NCBI GenBank assembly: GCA_000934665.2
Contig: JYFJ02002631.1
Location: 1-54,196, forward strand
DNA: 54,196 nt
Source: Catajapyx aquilonaris
Lineage: Eukaryota
Direction: 5' to 3'
In this document: positions 38,769 through 51,239 of the stretch, piece after piece
Layout: every line of letters begins with the position of its first letter
Numbering within the stretch: the first letter of the stretch is position 1
Position numbers and translations under genes: made by a program
Notes under the pieces: model-generated
What the model was told of the DNA's origin: nothing
Seen by the model: only the letters and a program-made list of their open reading frames with translations
Databases searched by the model: none

Positions 38769-40508
38769 CTATGGAGGTGGGGCATGTGTTACTGCATTAG
38801 TTGGTCCTTCGCTAATGTTGAACTGCACCAAGATGACCAAGTACGTGGTGATGGCTCCAGCTGCCTACAAAATAATAGTCAGCGTGAGAAAGGCCAGTTT
38901 AGAAAAACCGTATGACCAACACAATCTTAACTAATCATAGAAATGAGGGGATAATAAAGTTGAGTGACCGAAGTGAGAAGTTGACGATTGATGGTGAAGA
39001 AATTGGCGGCAGTGATGACAGGTGGGTCACAGCTCAGCTTTTGAATCATCATTTTAACTTCACGCCGAGACTCAGGATCCAGGTGACTCACACTGACTTG
39101 TTGCAGGTGCATCAGACTTGATTTTGCCTACACAAAACAAAACAAAAAGTATACTGATTACTGCCAAACATTGCTTAGTCAAGACAGCAGAAAGTGACTA
39201 ACCTCAGTTGTAACTCCCTCTACACATACGGAAAAGAAAGCTAGCTTGCAGATCTGAAAGGTCAGGTACAATACAATCAGCACCATCCTGACGTTCGTTG
39301 TTTTGGACCCGACCATTCCTGACATAACGTTGTAGAGCAAAAAAATAACATTCATGAAGCATTGCGTGAACTGAATAAATAAAAGCCAGCCGAATGCTGC
39401 AGACGCTTTATCAACTAGAGAATGGAGATGGCCGTGACTTTTTCGAAGATTTTCTAGATTCTGTGCCCTAAGTGACGCCAACAGACTCCTTCTGGATCCT
39501 GCTGGCACAAATGCTGCATACTCCGCAGGTGATAGGACTCTCTCTATCTTGTTTCCGAGCGATCTGAACATAAACTGAATGACTTTTGATAGGAATATCA
39601 TTCGGACGTACACGTCCGTCTCAAATATCTCCCCAGCTGTGAAGAACACGTGCAAAGTCATACTTCTTGGATTGGTGACTGTCATCAAAACACAGGAGGC
39701 GACATATGTAATTGCAAGAATGGCCGTAAACGCAGAAAAATAAAATCGTTTCTTCAGAATCCGAGACTTGCAATCTTCAAGGAGATTTTCCACCGCCTGA
39801 AATCCCTCGAGGAGTTTAATCCATCGGGAAACAAGGAGAATAGACATGACGAAGCCTGTCATCTTCATAACATTGCTTATCCCCTGAAAACGTAATAATA
39901 CATGTCGTGTTAACTTTTAGTAATGTAATTATGCGACAGTAATTTGAAATACATTTAAGCAACCATGCCAATTAATATAAGCAAAAACCTCACATTGGTA
40001 GGTTCAGATAAGTATATCAACAGGCACTTCAAATTAGCACTCATGCGTTCTTGTGATATGACAACTAAGTCAACTATGATTATGCTATACTAACCACAGT
40101 TCCATAAATCGTAACGTAGTCAATGGTTTTGAGTTCCCTGTCTGGGTCCGCAAAGCTTCCCAGATCTGGGTGTAGTATCCAATCGGTTACCAAATATACC
40201 ATGCCCGCGAAGATAAGGAGGGACCAGACACCTTCAGGGCCTGCCAAACGCCTCTCCAGCCTGCATCCAGGATTCCTGAAGACAACATTCCTCACTGGAA
40301 ACGCTCCCAATACTTTAGACACGATCAGAAAAGGCCGCATTATAGACACGATATCGCTTCTCTCTATGGAATTCCATGCAACTTGTTGGTCGTTGACTCT
40401 TCTTAGGTTCACTCCTTTTGACACCATCTTCAGGTGATCAAGTATGCACTTCCTTTTCTTGTCAGCTGGCACCATGTCCCTGTCGTCACATGATGCCAGG
40501 AGTTTCAT
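38769..40508 (-). CDS. Gustatory receptor GR13 (clade C; recent paralogue of GR15)
   Basis: Exons 40508-40095, 39883-39203, 39127-38969 and 38864-38769. Motif: AAGAITTYLVILVQFNISE. Confidence 0.92.
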
Positions 40509-41132
40509 ATTGGCATGTAGACCTACTAAAGAGACTCTCCCTCCACACTTTGAGATTCTCTTGATACTACGTCTACCTCTATATGACGTCTTAAATAATC
40601 CAATTCGTTGCGCCTTTCCCTTGAAGGACTGGAGGCTCACCCAATTGTGGTCGATTTTGGGATGACCCCCTACTGCGCAGAGCTGGTTGGTGTCGTGTTA
40701 AGAAGTCTGGTTTTTCTATGCTATTTATTGCTTGGGCATTGAATTACCATTATTTTCTTCCAGTGTCTGTCGCATTTTTGATTTGGTAGCTCTCATAGAT
40801 TTTTTCTGAGGTTATTGTTATATAGAGTGAATTGAAATGACAATATATTCATTGACACTGATGTATTCAATGCCATGTATTTAAGGTGCATTCCATTAAT
40901 CACAATAAGTGCTACCCATACGATGGAGCTAAAAAATGGGCATTTGAGAGATTACGCACGTAGTACATTGGTATACTTCTTCTTGCATTGATAAATGCAT
41001 GCTGTCAAAAATATCATTATTATACAATCATTAGAACTTTCCAGAGACAGTAAGGTAGAGTACAAGGGCGTCTTTTTACACGTAATTGATTTGCCATTTC
41101 TTTGAATACGTATATGCAGGAGTTTTCATACA

Positions 41133-41911
41133 ACGAGGATTGTTTCATAAGTCATGGCGCGTATTTTTAAATTCAAAAAAGGTAACACATACAGAGATGA
41201 CCTTTGCTGAGTTTTGAAGCTCCGGCGAATACAATTTCATCTAGCATATAGATGTCTCGCATATCTCCAGGGAGGCAGGGAAACAAGAGGGGATCGTGAC
41301 CCTCCCCCCCCCTCCCCCACCGCACCATCGCCCTAAGACGGCTCCAGCCAGACGCGCTTGGAGCTGTTGGACGCTGCATGCTGGACACTCGGCGATGGAC
41401 AACACAGGAGCTTGCTTTCGAGTGTGGGACAATTATTCAGAGCACTATGACCGTAGCCATGTGTCGTCATTAGCCACAAACGGTTTGAAAAACACATCGC
41501 CCTCAATGCGCTCGAGTTCCAAGCGAAGGCAAAATGGTGGCTCTTTGCACATCAAAGAGATGGTGAGGAACCAGTGAGGATGCCAACATCCTGAGACCTT
41601 TCAGTCTTTCAGAGTCCTGAGCATGACTTGTCCCACACTCGAAAGCAACCTCCCGTGTTGTCCATCTCCGAGTGTCCATCATGCAGCGTCGAGCGTCCAA
41701 CAGCTGGAGCCGTCTTAGGGCGATGGTGAGGTGGGGGGGGGGGTCACGCTCACCTTTTGTTTCCCTGCCTCCCTGGAGATATGGAAGACATATATGTGCC
41801 AGATCAAATTGTAATCGCCGGATCTTCAAAACTCAGCAAAGGTCATCTCTGTGTGTGTTACCGTTTTTGAATTTAAAAATACGCGCCATGACTTATGAAA
41901 CAACCCACGCA
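41133..41911. mobile_element. ~780-bp MITE with ~300-bp imperfect TIRs (mariner-like termini)
   Basis: 41141-41432 (TGTTTCATAAGTCATGGCGCGTATTTTTAAATTCAAAAA...GAGTGTGGGACAA) is the reverse complement of 41628-41902. The element is absent from the paralogous site at ~50330-50350. Confidence 0.88.
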
Positions 41912-42523
41912 TAGTACCGTATGTGGTCCAGCCGCGATCACACTAGTTCGTCCAAAATGATTGAAAATGGATAGAATATGTCGAAATATCAACAAACGAA
42001 GCTGCTCCTGTACTCCTGTATGTTTAGTCTCAGAAGTGTAGCAGAGAAGTGTCATGTTTATTTTTGTTTTCAAATTGTTAATTTTTAACGATATATTTGG
42101 AAAAGTCGTAAAATGGAGCGTCGTAGAAAGGTGCCTACTTGTACATGGTGCACAGTACAGCAGGTTACATAGGTCGGTTACTCGTCCCACTGCTAGTTAG
42201 CAGACCAATGTCAACAACATACTAATAACCAATGGTAATCCATAAAAAAGCGTATGGAAGAATACTCACTATCAGAAGCAGGCAGATAGCAGAGACTAAG
42301 CAGTAGGACGAAAAACCCACCCTGTAGTCAGGATTCCTCCCTGACCTTTCTCAACGATATGATTGCCTGGGTTATTAGAGATTTTGGGAGCGGAAGTATT
42401 GATAGCCAGCAGTGGCACAAAACAGGGAATTATTGTTTATAACCATGATATAAAATGGCCGTGTCACATAAGGAATCATTAATCGTGTTTTGTCAATATT
42501 ATTATTTCAGATCCTCGCTCCTC

Positions 42524-44190
42524 TTATGAAGCTTTGCATGACTGTGCTTCATCGGTTTTCTCTCCCATCTTGAACTGCAACAAGACCACCAAGTAGGTAG
42601 TAACAGCACCTGTCAACTGAAAGAGAAATTATATTGCATTTATGATTTTACACATATACAAGTAGCCTACTTTAATCGAGATTCTTCAACGTACCGAAGT
42701 GACAAGTCCGCGGTTGACTCCAAAGAAATTGGCTGCAGTGATAACAGGAGGATCAGCTGTCAACTGATGAATCAACATCTGCACCTCTTGGCGACTATGC
42801 GGATCCAGTCCAGATAGGTTCACACGGCGAACGTGGCTCAGCCCCGAATTGGCCTGAAATGAAGAGCAAAGTTGTGATCGGGATAGAAAACCTTGTGATT
42901 GGAAATGTAATCATCACCTCGTTGTGGAGTCCTTCCAAGACGAGGCACAAGATGGAAAGCTTCAAGAGAGACATTCCCAAGTAGGCGATGATAGCCAGCA
43001 ACTTCTCCATCATAGATCTGTCTGAGCTTGTGTCTGAAAGGCTCAGGTAGAGTACAAATATGAGGGTGAGGAAGAATCCCAGGACTTGAGCCAGGAGGAT
43101 CCATCCAAACGCGCTGGAGGATTCCTCGACCCGATCATGAATAACTCCATGGAGTCGTCTCAGTTGACTCAGTCTTTCTGCTGGACTTTCTTCTAACCAA
43201 GCAGCTTGCTTCGAAGCATCTTGGTTTTCTAGTTCTCCTACTATCTTTTGTAAGTTGTCTGAAATAGTTTTGTACAAGCAGCTGCAAGAGGCAGCAATCA
43301 GGGTCATCCTAACGTATGTGTCGCACTGGATCATTGCTCCGAAGGAGAATAGGAAGTGAAGGTCGCTGTTCTTTGAATCTACGTACATGTACATCCCTCC
43401 GGTAATGGTATGCATAACGATTAGAGATAATTCCTGGATGAGAAAACTGTTTCTCAAATATTTGAGTCGAGTGTGGCACTGATCGACGAGGACTTGGACC
43501 GATCTGAATCTTTCTAGCAAGTTGGCCCATCGGTGGGACATCACGATGGACAATATGATGCACAACAAGCTGGTTCCATTTGCCGACAACTGGAATCAAT
43601 AGCAAGTCATGACTTAGTGAATAATGCTCGAATCATTACATCGGATCTAGTATTGAGAAAAGGCAGCGGGAATTATACGTATCTTACCATAATGGAAAGC
43701 ATATGAGGAGAGAATTTGTGAAAGTTGTGCTACGACAATATCTCTCTTCCCCTTTATGCATTTTTGTTTTGTAAAATCAAAGCCGGTTCACTATCCATCA
43801 GCTGGTAAATATTACAATCACGGAAATAGTTACTCATATACTAACCAGGATCCCGCTCATCGACACCTTATCCGTCATCACGAGTTTCTTATCATCATGG
43901 GCGAATGGTGTGTAGTTCATATGCCCAATCCAGCTCTGGGCCAAATAAATCATAAGAGCAAAAACGGAAATGCTGTACAGGCTATCTAGACTGAACAGAC
44001 GAACTTCCAGCCTGCGGTCACGTCGACGGCGTATGACGTTTTTTACTGGAAATAGGCCAAGGAGCTTGGTGGCAACCAGAACAGGACGAATGATTGAGAT
44101 GAAGTCGTTGTTGGATGCCATCTCCTCTCCTGTCAATCCCTCTCTTGGTGTAACAAAGATAGGAGTGGTCTTAGACATTGTCCTGAACAT
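42524..44190 (-). CDS. Gustatory receptor GR14 (clade C; recent paralogue of GR16)
   Basis: Exons 44190-43846, 43589-42918, 42853-42695 and 42616-42524. Motif: LTGAVTTYLVVLLQF. Confidence 0.92.
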
Positions 44191-44525
44191 CACGGCGTCT
44201 CATTAACACTTCTGACACTGAAAGTCAAAGGCGCCCTTTACTGCATAACCATTTTTCCATATTCTATAATAATATTCCTGCTCAGCCTGACTTATATGCA
44301 ACCTCACCCTTGGCAAGCGGGTCGTATAGGATGCAGGCTCAAAATTAAAACCCGGTTACCTTCAGCCGCAGGCCTTCATATAATACAATGTATTATTATT
44401 CAGGTTTTATGAGTTTGCCAGCTTATAATAAGTTACTCTACATCTCTGCGAAAATGGCCTGAAGAAGGGAGGATTTGAAGATTACAAAATATAGGAAATA
44501 ATATCTTGTCCTTCTATGTATTATA

Positions 44526-44949
44526 CAGGGTGTTCATGAAAAACACCGACACACCTATATCACCCCCGACCTAGGGACCAGACGATCACATTATGTATAG
44601 GAGTGATTATTCCTGGGCCGCCTCATTACCGCGCAAATTGCCTTATAAAATATCCCGGAAGTTAGGCCACCCAACGAACCCTTCCCCAGTCAGAAGGGTC
44701 TGGAAGGTCTGGGGGCCGGACTTTGTTGGTTTGTTGCCAACAGGTGGTAAGGCCTCCATGGCTAGTTACACCTGTAAATTCTATTTAAAAGTCAGATGGA
44801 GCGATTAGGCAAAAATCGCTAATCAGCAACGAGTCAATTATCTCAGTAATGAGGAGGTGTAGACATAATGACTCCTCTACATAAAATGACCCTCACGTTA
44901 CCATTGGCCACTGGTTATCAGTTTGTCGGTGTTTTTCATGAACACCCTG
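44526..44949. mobile_element. 424-bp Tc1/mariner-type MITE
   Basis: Perfect 26-bp TIRs (CAGGGTGTTCATGAAAAACACCGACA) flanked by TA on both sides. The empty site is in the duplicate copy at ~53521. Confidence 0.92.
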
Positions 44950-46436
44950 TATACCATCAGCCTAATATATTGGCAATTATAATTATATAATATTATAAAA
45001 TTATAATTATTGTTCTTGTTAGGCTGCTCACAATAGGACTTGATCGGAAAAATATCACACCATTTCAGAGCCACGCCCGAAATAAGATTTCGATAAAGGA
45101 CATTAAATGTGGGTGCTTTGGAAAATTAATTAAATTTTAATTAACTTGCCAAAGCACCCGTCAATGTTCCGATTTTCTCTTACCTTTTTGGAGTCCTATC
45201 ACAAGCCAACGAGCAAAAATGCGTGAAAATTTGCACTTGTTGCATCTTGCAGTTTTGCTACCATGTGTCGCAAAGACTAATGATTTGGGTACCTACACCA
45301 GTGCATAGGTACTAAACAGCCGAATATAATATTGTACATGATTATATGAAATCTGCAAATCATCGGTATTAACGTAAAATGCACTAATCTACAAGAAAAA
45401 CACCAGTTTCGAGGTAATCGATGGCAAAGATTTGACTTTGCACTTCGTTTCATGGTACTTAAGACTGAAAATCCTGGCTTTTTGGTTTTATGACTAAAAT
45501 GAGTGGTCAAAAACGGCTCTCAGACCCCTCAAATGCACTTACCCGGCGATAGAGCAGAAAAATGTTATTTAGTGGTGTAAATAACTCATTACCGCAAAAA
45601 TTAGACTTGGTGTGGTATCACTATGTATCACTTGTACGATAATAGTCACACTAACCTTCCAATGACGTACACAGGCAACCTGTTGGGCTACCCTTGTGAG
45701 AAAGTACAGTTTGTAGGACTAACCTTCAGAGTAGGCCTACATACGCAAGTATTGCCTATTTATCGTTTTTAAGTACCTCCCTCCCACCGCACCGATTTAT
45801 CTTCATGCCACTAAAGCGGTCACCCAAACTCGATAATTTACTGCAATACGCTGCTTGCCAAGACCGGAGTTGTCATAATGTCGTTCATTTGACAAGGTAT
45901 CACCAGGGCCGGATCTACGGGGTGGCAAACAGGGGCACATGCCCCATGAGGCAACAAGGTGGGGGGCGGCATGTCTTGTCCCTGGAAATATACACTTGTC
46001 ACATAAATAAATTAACGCGATTTTGCTCAACCCCTGAAAGCAAAACTTTGAAAGAAATTTGTCCCAACAGGCAATCAACTGGCCTATTTTGGCTCTTTTC
46101 TGGTATAGCTTTTGAACTTTTTGAAGCAATTAATTTCTGGTCGGTAACACACCCCAAACGAGATAGAAAGCATCATATAGGTCCATTGACATCCCATTGT
46201 TGTTGTCTTGTTCCATTGTGCTCATTGTTTAGTTGTTATAAACCGACTATGGGTGTCCATTCTCAAGATGCTTCTGTAGGCAGCCCCTACACACTCTAGA
46301 AGTCTGTCCCGAATTACAAGAAACACCCTGTATTTGTATAATTTGCTTGGCTAACGCCAATTAAACAGAAGGGTGCTGGAATTTAACGTGCCTTCGATGG
46401 GAACACTAGTGGGGTTCTATGAGATCATTTTATGTA

Positions 46437-46585
46437 CTATCGGTCTCAATTAGTTTCTGCCACTTTATCCTGTCTTGAAGCAACCCTTAGCACATACCCC
46501 ACGGTGAGGAGGTGTGCATGTGTGTGAAGCGTTTCATCAAGACCAGGATAAAGTGGCCGGAACGAATAAATATTGAACCCGATAG
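46437..46585. mobile_element. ~150-bp TA-flanked MITE
   Basis: TA|CTATCGGTCTCAAT...GCCACTTTATCCTGTCTTGA pairs with TCAAGACCAGGATAAAGTGGC...ATTGAACCCGATAG|TA. Confidence 0.75.
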
Positions 46586-46877
46586 TATACTGTACATAAA
46601 TTATATTGTGTGCGTCCGCGGACTAGTTTCCGAGATAATTGACATTATACATAGGTGATTATATAGGTGTCAATTTATACGGTAAATACCTGTATTTTAT
46701 TTGTATTCGGGTATTCCACTGTATGGGTGGGTTCCTAGCCTACATTTTTCAAACCCATGTAAGAAAAACTCGTCCTTATTTTTAAATGAATTTTGATGTT
46801 TTTTTGTTTGAGGCCATTAGCAATATAGGAGAAAATATCGCAAGTTGCAGCTTAAGTATGTCATAAAGTAAATATTC

Positions 46878-46934
46878 TGATGCTCTTATGCACAAATAAA
46901 TGTTGATGCTCTTATGCACAAATAAATGTTGATG
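46878..46934. repeat. 26-bp perfect tandem duplication
   Basis: TGATGCTCTTATGCACAAATAAATGT x2, followed by TGATG. Confidence 0.9.
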
Positions 46935-47642
46935 TTTTTTGCAACTTATAGTATGCTCATAAGAGATTATATTCAAATGGTACACTCTGCCTACTTGCCG
47001 AGTTCAGTTTGTGTTAACTTATTAGTTATTAGTATGCAGTTGGAAAATAATGCCTTTGTTAGCTTCAATGATTTTTTGACATCTTTCTTGATCTAAATAG
47101 GTAATAGGTTATGAATCTAACTGATCAATGATAACACAAGGTGACACTGAGTGTTATTATTATATTAGTGTTACACTCATAAAATGTTACATAAAAGAAT
47201 AATTGTGTCATGGGACTGAGTGACTGAGATGACTGAGATGACTTAGGGTTCCTTCAATGATAATGATTTCTTGGCATGAGTAATTCTTGCTTAGGATGTC
47301 ACTGAGGCAAATGATCAACATATTTACTGTAATACTCGGTAATACTAGTGAGTTTCGTGTCGTTTAGTCGTTATAGACTATTAAAACATAATCATTTGCC
47401 TAAAATAATATCCTTTCTGCACACCCAACACGATAGCAGTTCTTCCTATTCTTCAATTTATTCATGCAATATTTGGTGGGGAATATGTGATTCAATCTTA
47501 TCTTACAATTGTGTGCAGAGGTTCCCAAAAACCTTTGTGACATGCAGTGCCTCGGAGATCATTTTCATTGGGCACGTGCTCCAGAACCTTCAATGTTAAG
47601 TCCGATGAAATGAGGCTGAACATTGATGAAAACTAATGTAAA

Positions 47643-49590
47643 CTATGTAGGTACGGCAGGTGTTACTGGATTCGTTGGACCTTCGCTCATGTTGAACTGT
47701 ACCAAGATGACCAAATACGTGGTGATGGCTCCAGCAGCCTACAAAAAATAGCTGTTGTTACTATACAGTGTATGAGAGTTGTCAGTTTAGTATAATCGCC
47801 TAATACTGTCGCTGAGATTTCTATTAGTATCCTGATGATTTGCGTAAATGCAAGTGCAAGTGAGCATCACGCTGGATATTTTTTCTGCCTCGTTAGAGAA
47901 CAAACAATCTGATTCTGCAGGGCAGTGCAGTGTTACTTGAAATCGACAAAAATTGAGTTTTTGGAATAATGACGCACATAATTCAACATATATAGACAAC
48001 AAAATATCCACATTATTATTATTATGTATTGTCTTTAATAAATGTTGCCTGACCGAAGTGAGAAGCCGGCGATTGATGGCGAAGAAATTGGCGGCAGTGA
48101 TGACAGGTGGGTCACAGCTCAGCTTTTGAATCATCATTTTAACTTCATCCCGAGACTCAGGTTCCAGGTGACTCACATTGACTTGCTGCAAGTGCATCAG
48201 ACTTGATTTTGCCTAGACAAAACAAAAAATATATTACTGCCAAACATTGCTTAGTCAAACCAGACGGATTGAGACTAACCTCAGTTGTAACTCCCTCTAC
48301 ACATACGGAAAAGAAAGCGAGTTTGCAGATCTGAAAGGTCAGATACGATACAATCAGCACCATCCTGACGCTTGTTGTTTTGGACCCGACCATTCCTGAT
48401 ATTAGGTTGTAGAGCAAAAAAATAACAAGCATGAAGCATTGCGTGTACTGAATAAATAAAAGCCAGCCGAATGCTGCGGACGCTTTGTCAACTAGAGAAT
48501 GAAGATGGCCGTGACTTTTTCGAAGATTTTCTAGATTCTGTGTCCTAAGTGACGTCATCAGACTCCTTCTGGATCCTGCTGGCACAAATGCTGCATACTC
48601 CGCAGGTGAGAGGACTCTCTCTATCTTTTTTCCGAGCGATCTGAACAAGAACTGAATGACATATGACAGGAATATCATTCGAACATACACGTCCGTCTCA
48701 AATATCTCCCCACATCCGAGTAAGATATGCAAAGTCAGACTTCTTGGATTGATGGCTGTCAGCAAAATACAGGAGGCGACATATGCAATTGCGAGAATGG
48801 CCGTAAAAGCAGAAAAATAAAATCGTTTCTTCAGAATCCGAGACTTGCAATCTTCAAGAAGATTTTCCACCGCCTGAAATCCCTCGAGGAGTTTAATCCA
48901 TCGGGAAACAAGGAGAATAGACATGACGAAGCCGATCAGTTTCATAGAATTGGTCATCAACTGAAAATGTAAATAATACAAGTCATGTTAACTTTTTGTA
49001 ATGTAATTATGCAACACTATAGTACTATTAACAACCATGTCAATTAATATAAGCAAAAACTTAACATTGGTAGGTTCAGATAAGTATATCAACATGCAGG
49101 CACATCAAATTAGCACTCATGCCTTTAACTTGTGCTATCATGACAACTATGATTATGTTATACTAACCACAGTTCCGTAAAGCGTGACATAGTCAATGGT
49201 TTTGAGTTCTATGTCTGGGTCCACAAAGCTTCCCAGATCGATGTGCAGTAGCCAATCGGTTGCCAAATATATCATGCCTGCGAAGATAAGGAGGGACCAG
49301 ACGCCTTCAGGGCCTGCCAAACGCCTCTCCAGTCTGCATCCAGGATTCCTGAAGACAACATTCCTCACTGGAAACGCTCCCAATACTTTAGACACGATCA
49401 GGAGTGGCCGCATTATAGACACGATGTCGATGTCGCTTCTCTCAGGGGAATGCCATGCAACTTGTCGTTCGTTGACTCTTCTTATGTTCACTCCATTTGA
49501 CAGCATCTTCAGGTGATCAATTATTATACTCTTCCTTTTCTTGTCAGCTGGCACCATGTCCCTGTCGTCACATGATGCCAGGAGTTTCAT
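47643..49590 (-). CDS. Gustatory receptor GR15 (clade C)
   Basis: Exons 49590-49168, 48960-48280, 48212-48054 and 47738-47643. Motif: AAGAITTYLVILVQFNMSE. Confidence 0.92.
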
Positions 49591-50127
49591 ACTGGCATGT
49601 AGACCTACTAAAGAAACTTTCCCTCCACACTTTGAGATCCTCTTGATACAATATTATGTATATATGCCGTCTTAAATAATCCAATTCGTTGCGCCTTTCC
49701 CTTGAAGGACTTGAGGCTCACCCAATTGTGGTCGATTTTGGGCTGACCCCTACTGCGCAGAGCTCGTTGGTGTCGTGTTAAGAAGACAGGTTATTCAATG
49801 CTATTTATTGCTTGGGCATTGAATTACCATTTGTTCCGGTTTCTGTCGCATTTCTGATTTGGTAGCTCTAATAGAAAAAACTATTTTTAGGTCATTGTAA
49901 TATAGAGTGAATTGAAGCGACAATATATTCATTGACACTGATGTATTCAATGCCATGTATTTAAGGTGCATTCCATTAATCACAATAAGTGCTACCAGTT
50001 ATTAGCTCTTGGTGCTACCCATACGACGGAGCTCAGAAAATCGGCATTTGAAATATTACGCACGCAGTACATTGGTAATACCTCTTCTTGCATTGATAAA
50101 TGCATGCTGTCAAAAATATCATTATTA

Positions 50128-50252
50128 TCCTCTAGAGACCCAATGTATAGTATGCTATACATCCGGTCCGCATTTTTTTAACCTCAGAAAAAATACTCAG
50201 AAAAAAATGCAGACCGGATGTATAGCATACTATACATTGGGTCTCTAGAGGA
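50128..50252. mobile_element. 125-bp near-perfect palindromic MITE flanked by TA
   Basis: TCCTCTAGAGACCCAATGTATAGTATGCTATACATCCGGTC...GACCGGATGTATAGCATACTATACATTGGGTCTCTAGAGGA. It is absent from the paralogous site at ~41020 (ATCATTATTATACAATC). Confidence 0.9.
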
Positions 50253-51239
50253 TATACAAATTATTAGAACTTTCCAGAGACAGTAAGGTAGAGTACAAGG
50301 GCGTCTTTGTACACGTAATTGATTATGCAGGATTTTTCTTATTAGTATGTCGTACATCTGCAATCACACTAGTTGGTCAAAAATGATTGAAAATGTAGGC
50401 AATATGTCGAAATATCAACACTCATAATATAACGAGGTATAGGTGACCAGACACATTGGCCTGCACCAAGACACATGCGGACACACTGATGAAATTTTGC
50501 AAGGTCGACTCTTTCACAGATTTACGATTATCACCCATTTGCGTGGTTAGCTGTTCCTACATTTTCGACTTGGTTTGAAGGACCAAGGAATAACGAGCTA
50601 ACTGCCGCTGCCGGTTGGCCTACTAGTAAGAACCACCATGTATCACTTCTGTAGACCCTGCCACAATGCACCACAAAAACAAACGAGGCTCCTCTACTCC
50701 TGTATATGTTTAGACTCAGAAGTGTCGCAGAGAAGTGTCATGTTCCTTTTTGTTTTCAAATTGTCAATTTGAAAAGATAATTTTGGAAAAGTTGTTAATG
50801 TGAAAAGTCGTAAAATGGAGAATCGTTAAAAGGTGCTTACTTGTATCGTACATAGGGCACAATACAGTAGGTTACATAGATCAGTTGCTCGTCCCACTGT
50901 TAGTTAGCAGTACCGATCCCAACAACTAATAACCACGGCAATACATTAAAAAAGCTTATGGAAGAATTCTCACTAGCAAAAGCAGGCAGATAGCAGAGAC
51001 GAAGCAGTAGGACGAAAAATCCACCATGTAGTCAGGATGATTCCTCCGTGACCTTTCTCAACGATTGCCTGAGTTATTAGAAATTTTGGGAGCGGAAGTA
51101 TTGATAGCCAGCAGTGGGACAAAATACGGAACTATTGTTTATAGTTATAACCATGATATAAAAACGCCGTGTCATATAAGCAATCATTATCAATGTTTTG
51201 TCTATACAGTATTATTATTATTTCAGCTCCTATCTTATC

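Larger units (their letters stand above)
38640..45520. repeat. Segmental duplication, copy 1 (GR13+GR14 with intergenic DNA)
   Basis: Colinear with ~47520-54045 through exons, introns and intergenic DNA, e.g. 40600-41090 vs 49670-50325 and 42000-42520 vs 50690-51240. Boundaries are approximate. Confidence 0.9.

Noticed and set aside
41173..41914. Similar ORFs on opposite strands (WSRLRAMVRWG)
   Set aside because: Mirror translations of the two TIR arms of a MITE.
45805..46332. 164-aa ORF and nested TE-like ends (CAGGGCCGGATCTAC at 45904; GAAACACCCTGTA at ~46320)
   Set aside because: Probably TE debris; partner termini could not be defined and the ORF has no recognisable motifs.
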